Positions 34,441 through 39,301 of a stretch of DNA of 39,301 nucleotides are shown in pieces. The stretch spans positions 15,680,716 through 15,720,016 of the forward strand of contig NC_068997.1 in the NCBI RefSeq assembly GCF_001194135.2. Direction: 5' to 3'. This stretch comes from Octopus bimaculoides (lineage: Eukaryota). The position numbers and the translations under genes were made by a program. Numbering within the stretch: position 1 is the stretch's first letter; the number at the start of each line of letters is the position of its first letter. A model generated the notes under the pieces. That model searched no databases. It was not told where the DNA came from and was given only the letters and a program-made list of their open reading frames with translations.

Positions 34441-35448
34441 NNNNNNNNNNNNNNNNNNNNNNNNNNNNNNNNNNNNNNNNNNNNNNNNNNNNNNNNNNNN
34501 NNNNNNNNNNNNNNNNNNNNNNNNNNNNNNNNNNNNNNNNNNNNNNNNNNNNNNNNNNNNNNNNNNNNNNNNNNNNNNNNNNNNNNNNNNNNNNNNNNNN
34601 NNNNNNNNNNNNNNNNNNNNNNNNNNNNNNNNNNNNNNNNNNNNNNNNNNNNNNNNNNNNNNNNNNNNNNNNNNNNNNNNNNNNNNNNNNNNNNNNNNNN
34701 NNNNNNNNNNNNNNNNNNNNNNNNNNNNNNNNNNNNNNNNNNNNNNNNNNNNNNNNNNNNNNNNNNNNNNNNNNNNNNNNNNNNNNNNNNNNNNNNNNNN
34801 NNNNNNNNNNNNNNNNNNNNNNNNNNNNNNNNNNNNNNNNNNNNNNNNNNNNNNNNNNNNNNNNNNNNNNNNNNNNNNNNNNNNNNNNNNNNNNNNNNNN
34901 NNNNNNNNNNNNNNNNNNNNNNNNNNNNNNNNNNNNNNNNNNNNNNNNNNNNNNNNNNNNNNNNNNNNNNNNNNNNNNNNNNNNNNNNNNNNNNNNNNNN
35001 NNNNNNNNNNNNNNNNNNNNNNNNNNNNNNNNNNNNNNNNNNNNNNNNNNNNNNNNNNNNNNNNNNNNNNNNNNNNNNNNNNNNNNNNNNNNNNNNNNNN
35101 NNNNNNNNNNNNNNNNNNNNNNNNNNNNNNNNNNNNNNNNNNNNNNNNNNNNNNNNNNNNNNNNNNNNNNNNNNNNNNNNNNNNNNNNNNNNNNNNNNNN
35201 NNNNNNNNNNNNNNNNNNNNNNNNNNNNNNNNNNNNNNNNNNNNNNNNNNNNNNNNNNNNNNNNNNNNNNNNNNNNNNNNNNNNNNNNNNNNNNNNNNNN
35301 NNNNNNNNNNNNNNNNNNNNNNNNNNNNNNNNNNNNNNNNNNNNNNNNNNNNNNNNNNNNNNNNNNNNNNNNNNNNNNNNNNNNNNNNNNNNNNNNNNNN
35401 NNNNNNNNNNNNTATATATATATATATATATATATATATACTCACTAT

Positions 35449-35492
<44 letters not shown>

Positions 35493-35548
35493 ATATATAT
35501 ATAGACATACATATAGATATACACATACATATATTTATAGGTAATATA

Positions 35549-35594
<46 letters not shown>

Positions 35595-35648
35595 TATGGA
35601 AAAAAAGTCAAGGTAGAAAATGCTAAAATAATTTTATAAACAACATTT

Positions 35649-35684
35649 CAGTACCGGTTTCAGTCATTAAGACTTTTCCAACTG
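35649..35684 (-). other. Degenerate minimal type-I hammerhead-like fold
   Basis: rc: cag-ttggaaa-agtc(ttaat)gact-gaaa-ccgg-ta-ctg; stem I 3 bp, stem II 4 bp, GAAA, palindromic stem III and UA site; only 3 of 6 invariant CUGANGA positions match. Confidence 0.35.
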
Positions 35685-35819
35685 TAAGTATGGAGAACAA
35701 TAAAATTTATATATATACAAACACACACACACACATATATATATATGTATATTTATATACATATGTATATATATATATGTACATATATACACACATATAT
35801 ACATATACATATATTGTGG

Positions 35820-35925
35820 ACTTCCATACAATTTCGATCTACCAATTCCACTCACAGGACATTGTTGGGCCCAGTGCTGTAGTAGAAGAACTTGCCCAAG
35901 GCATCATGCAGTGGTACTGAATCAG
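35820..35925 (-). mobile_element. SINE family 1 head fragment
   Basis: tctaccaattccactcac...gtagtagaagaacttgcccaagg..catgcagtggtactgaa. Confidence 0.7.
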
Positions 35926-36004
35926 TGAACAGCTGTCTTCAGGGCAAGCTCCTTAAGTCAGGGAGCAGCATGAAGGCCTCAGCATTGTTGTGTAAGTCAA
36001 TTAC

Positions 36005-36492
36005 TCCAGCCCCAGCATTCAACTGGTATTTATTTTATTGACCTCTGCCAAAAAGATGAAAGGCAAAGTTGACTCCCAGTGGCATTTGGAAGCTGGAATA
36101 AATGTTAGTCTCAAATTTTGATACAAAGCCAGCAGTTTCAGAGTTGGGGACTAGTCAACCACATCAACCCCAGTACACAACTGGTTCTTATTTTAGTGAC
36201 CCTGAAAGGAAGAAAGACAAAGTAGGCCTCAGTGGAATTTGAACTCAGAACATAAAGACAGATAACTGTTCTGCTACTCGCTGCCTTAAAATGGTGGAAT
36301 AAAAATTGATTTTAAACTTTGGCACAAGGCCAGCAATTTCAAGGGAGAGGTTAAGTTGATTACATCGACCCCAATGCTCAACTGGTACTTATTTCATCGA
36401 CCTCGAAGGGTGAAAGGCAAAGTAGACCTCGGTGGGATTTGAACTCAGAACGTTTTGCCTAGTGTGCTAATGATTCTGTCAGCTTGTTGCTT
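36005..36492 (-). mobile_element. Three consecutive SINE family 2 fragments
   Basis: aactggt.(c/t)ttattt..(t)gacc...gaaag.caaagt.g.c occurs three times (~36020, ~36180, ~36380). Confidence 0.8.
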
Positions 36493-36495
36493 TAA

Positions 36496-36711
36496 CCCTT
36501 TAGCATTTAATCTGGCATATCCGACCAAGATACTCTGCCTGCTTTATCTTCAAACTGGTCAAATATGGTCATTCATAGCTACCTTACAGTTTTATTTTAA
36601 CAATAAACAACGTCGTTGAAATCTCAAAACCATGGATTAATGCTGGATTAATTTAAAATGGTGTGAATACATAAGCTTTACATTTGACAGAATAATACGA
36701 ATGCTAAAGGG
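36496..36711. mobile_element. piggyBac-type MITE (216 bp)
   Basis: TTAA (36492-36495) + ccctttagcatt ... aatgctaaaggg + TTAA (36712-36715): perfect 12-bp TIRs, CCC/GGG ends, TTAA target duplication. Confidence 0.92.
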
Positions 36712-36974
36712 TTAAAAAGCTGGAATGGACATCACAAGATTTTTGACCTACATTCTAATAACTCGGAATGTCCATTGCCATTTGCTTGATTTTAAATCAA
36801 GAACACCAACACCACCACCACCAACACCAACAACACCACCACTACCAATAGCAATGCCATTAACATCAATACCAACACCACCACCACCACCACCACTGCC
36901 ACCAACTGCAACAGCAACAACAACAACAGCAGTAATAACAATAAGAACAAAAACAGTAATTCCAGAAGATTTTC

Positions 36975-37180
36975 TTCTAGATGGTAGTTTGATCTGCTAA
37001 AGACAACAGCTAAATCGATCCTAAATTTCAACCATTTCCACCGAAGTTTTAATAAAATGGCTGCATAGATAGTGTAGTCCTGGATGTATAAAAAAGGTGA
37101 GCTGTTAGTCATATCTGGAATGCATTTGATCAAAGGTCTGCTTGACCAGGACTGACCTATGGCTAAGTAACATCAACAAT
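36975..37180 (+). mobile_element. Family-3 repeat copy
   Basis: tttgatctgctaaa..cagctaaatc...ctggaatgcatttgatcaaaggtctgcttgaccaggactgacctatggctaa aligns with 3147-3360. Confidence 0.65.
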
Positions 37181-37244
37181 CGCAGTAAAAACAAAAACAA
37201 AGAAACAACACAAGTGATTATTTCTTCATCAATAAAATAACCTT

Positions 37245-37620
37245 CAACGGCAGCGAGCTGGCAGAAACGTTAGCACGTCTGTCTTTATGTACTGAGTTCA
37301 AATTCCGCTGAGGTCGACTTTGCCTTTCATCCTTCCGGGGTCGATAAATTAAATACCAGTTACGCACTGGAGTCGATATAATCGACTTAATCCCTTTGTC
37401 TGTCCTTGTTTGTCCCCTATATGTTTAGCCCTATGTTTAGTCTCCTCTATGTTAGCACATCTGTGTTTACGGTCAGAGTTCAAATTCCGCTGAGGTCGAC
37501 TTTGCCTTTCATCCTTTCAGGCTTGATAAATTAAGTACCAGTCGCGTACTAAGGTTGATCTAATCGACTGGCCCCCTCCCCAAAAATTTCCGGCCTTGTG
37601 CCAAGGGTAGAAAAGAATAA
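37245..37620 (+). mobile_element. Two tandem SINE family 2 copies with different 3' tails
   Basis: gagttcaaattccgctgaggtcgactttgcctttcatcc occurs twice; tail 1 aatccctttgtctgtcc, tail 2 tggccccctcccc...gtagaaaagaat. Confidence 0.9.
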
Positions 37621-37711
37621 AATAACTTATCAGATGAATGATTTACTCTTATCAAAGGTCACATATGAGTAGTCAGCAGACTTGCTAGAAATAGAAACCA
37701 AATCTCACTCA

Positions 37712-37840
37712 AGGTGAACTTTACCTTTCATCCTTTCGGGTGTTGATAAATTAAGTATCAGTTGTGTACTGAGGTCGATCTAATCGACTGGCCCCCTTTG
37801 CAAAAAGAATTTTGTGCCTTGTGCCTCGAGTAGAAAAGAA
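37712..37840 (+). mobile_element. SINE family 2, 3' part
   Basis: ctttcatcctttcggg..gataaattaagta...gtcgatctaatcgactggcccc...gagtagaaaagaa. Confidence 0.85.
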
Positions 37841-38200
37841 GCTTGCTTCCCAACCACATGGTTCCAGGTTCAGTCTCACTGAGTGGCACCTTGGGCAAGT
37901 GTCTTCTACTATAGCCTCAGCCTTGAGAGTAGATTCGATGCATGGAAACTGGAAGAAGCTCGTCACATGTGTGTGTGTGTGTGTGTGAATGTGTTTGGCC
38001 TCCACCACCACTTGACAACCAATGGTGGTGTATTTACGTCCCCATAACTTAGTAGTTCAGCAAATGACACTGATAGAATAAGTACCAGGCTGAGCAAAAA
38101 CTAAATACTGGAATTGACTGATTCAACCAGAAATTCTTTAAGGTGGTGCTCCAGCATGGCAACAGTCGAATGACTGAGACAAGTAAAAGATAAAAGATAA
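37836..38200 (+). mobile_element. SINE family 1 lacking its A-box end
   Basis: aagaagcttgcttcccaaccacatggttcc...gtgctccagcatggcaacagtcgaatgactgagacaagt. Confidence 0.88.
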
Positions 38201-38329
38201 ACGATACAAACCAGCAATGAGGTTACGTCTAGAATAGCCGTGCGGTCCCTCAAACAAACTATTATAATAAGGGGCTGGAAATCCCTATCACATGTATTGG
38301 CCTCAAGTCCTGAATTCCCGAATATTTAA

Positions 38330-38627
38330 GGATTTTCAAGCGAGATCGTTGCCAGTGCCCCTGGACTGGCTCTTGTGTGGGTGGCACATAAAATACACCA
38401 TTTTGAGCGTGGCTGTTGCCAGTGCCGCCTGACTGGCCTTCATGCCGGTGGCACGTAAAAGCACCCACTACACTCTCGGGGAGGTTGGCGTTAGGAAAGG
38501 CATCCAGCTGTAGAAACTCTGCCAGATCAGATTGGAGCCTGGTGTAGCCATCTGGTTCACCAGTCCTCAGTCTAAACGTCCAACCCATGCTAGCATGGAA
38601 AGCGGACGTTAAATGACGATGATATGA
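38330..38627 (+). mobile_element. RTE LINE 3'UTR with tail
   Basis: Highly similar to rc of 12768-13045; ends catgctagcatggaaagcggacgttaaatgacgatga. Confidence 0.92.
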
Positions 38628-38829
38628 TTTGTAAGTTGGTTAAAGAACAATTAAGGATGCCATGTCATATATCCTGCTCTGAGAATTGCCCATAATGAAT
38701 GCCACAACTTCTCTAACAGCGGATAATGCAAATAAACCTATAACCTTGAACCTTGCCACACATACCCACACTCAAGGCCAAACACAGAAAAAACACCCCT
38801 GTAAAAATAGGATTCAGATTTCTCCATTG

Positions 38830-38979
38830 TGTCTTTCTCGCTCTCTCAGTCTCTGTGTCTCTCTTTTCTCTCCTCCTCTCTCTCACACTCCCCCTCCGTC
38901 TCTTCCTCTGTCCCTTTCTCTTTTTCTCTATCTCTTTCACCCTGTCTCTTTCTCTGCCACACTCTCACTCCCCTCCTCC

Positions 38980-39029
<50 letters not shown>

Positions 39030-39301
39030 TCACTCGCTCATATACTCTCTGCCAGTCTTCATTTTCCTTTTTTTATTTTCCTACCCAATATTTTGGTCTA
39101 GGTTGAATTCTCTCCCTTTCCTTCGGTTTGATTCTGGAGTAAGAAAGCCTACACATGTACGTGTGTGCCTGTATATATGCATATATGGTGTGCATACATG
39201 CACATATACATACATACATAAACATATATACACACACACATATATATGTACATGTACACACATATGTATATATGTGATACGTAAATATATATATATATAT
39301 A
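38830..39301. repeat. (CT)n/(CTGT)n and (TA/CA/TG)n low complexity
   Basis: Directly visible. Confidence 0.9.

Noticed and set aside
38130-38627. Shared 3' tail between SINE-1 and the RTE (possible partner pair)
   Set aside because: Only short words (cagtc, agcatgg) in a different order; not a collinear tail
1-39301. CRISPR array, rRNA or prokaryotic-type operon
   Set aside because: No regularly spaced repeat-spacer array or gene-dense region; the sequence is repeat-rich eukaryotic DNA

Overview
AT-rich animal genomic DNA from a gapped draft assembly (9 N-runs, about 4.1 kb). It is most likely octopus (e.g. O. bimaculoides), inferred from my recollection of the SINE/RTE families and the heavy microsatellite load; this was not database-confirmed. 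I find no host protein-coding gene, tRNA, rRNA or CRISPR that I can support. Almost all long ORFs in the track are artefacts of N-gaps, microsatellites or antisense reading of transposons. The window is a layered transposon graveyard. It holds six recognisable Penelope-like (PLE) RT/GIY-YIG fragments from two lineages, RTE LINE 3' ends, an R4/Dong-like RT fragment and a decayed CR1-like LINE. DNA transposon relics include maT/DD37D, mariner and Tc1 fragments, a piggyBac-type MITE and a possible P-element-like relic. About three tRNA-derived SINE families and one unclassified short repeat family are also present. I cannot honestly claim a new multi-gene system. The most interesting signals are structural: two inverted PLE junctions, a nested PLE/Tc1/RTE stack whose PLE reading frame rejoins across the RTE insert with no TSD, a degenerate minimal hammerhead-like fold, a near-perfect ~96-bp palindrome with a 51-bp insert in one arm, and several fold-back inversions. 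All protein assignments come from manual translation and remembered family motifs. Most relic boundaries are approximate (+/-30 bp).
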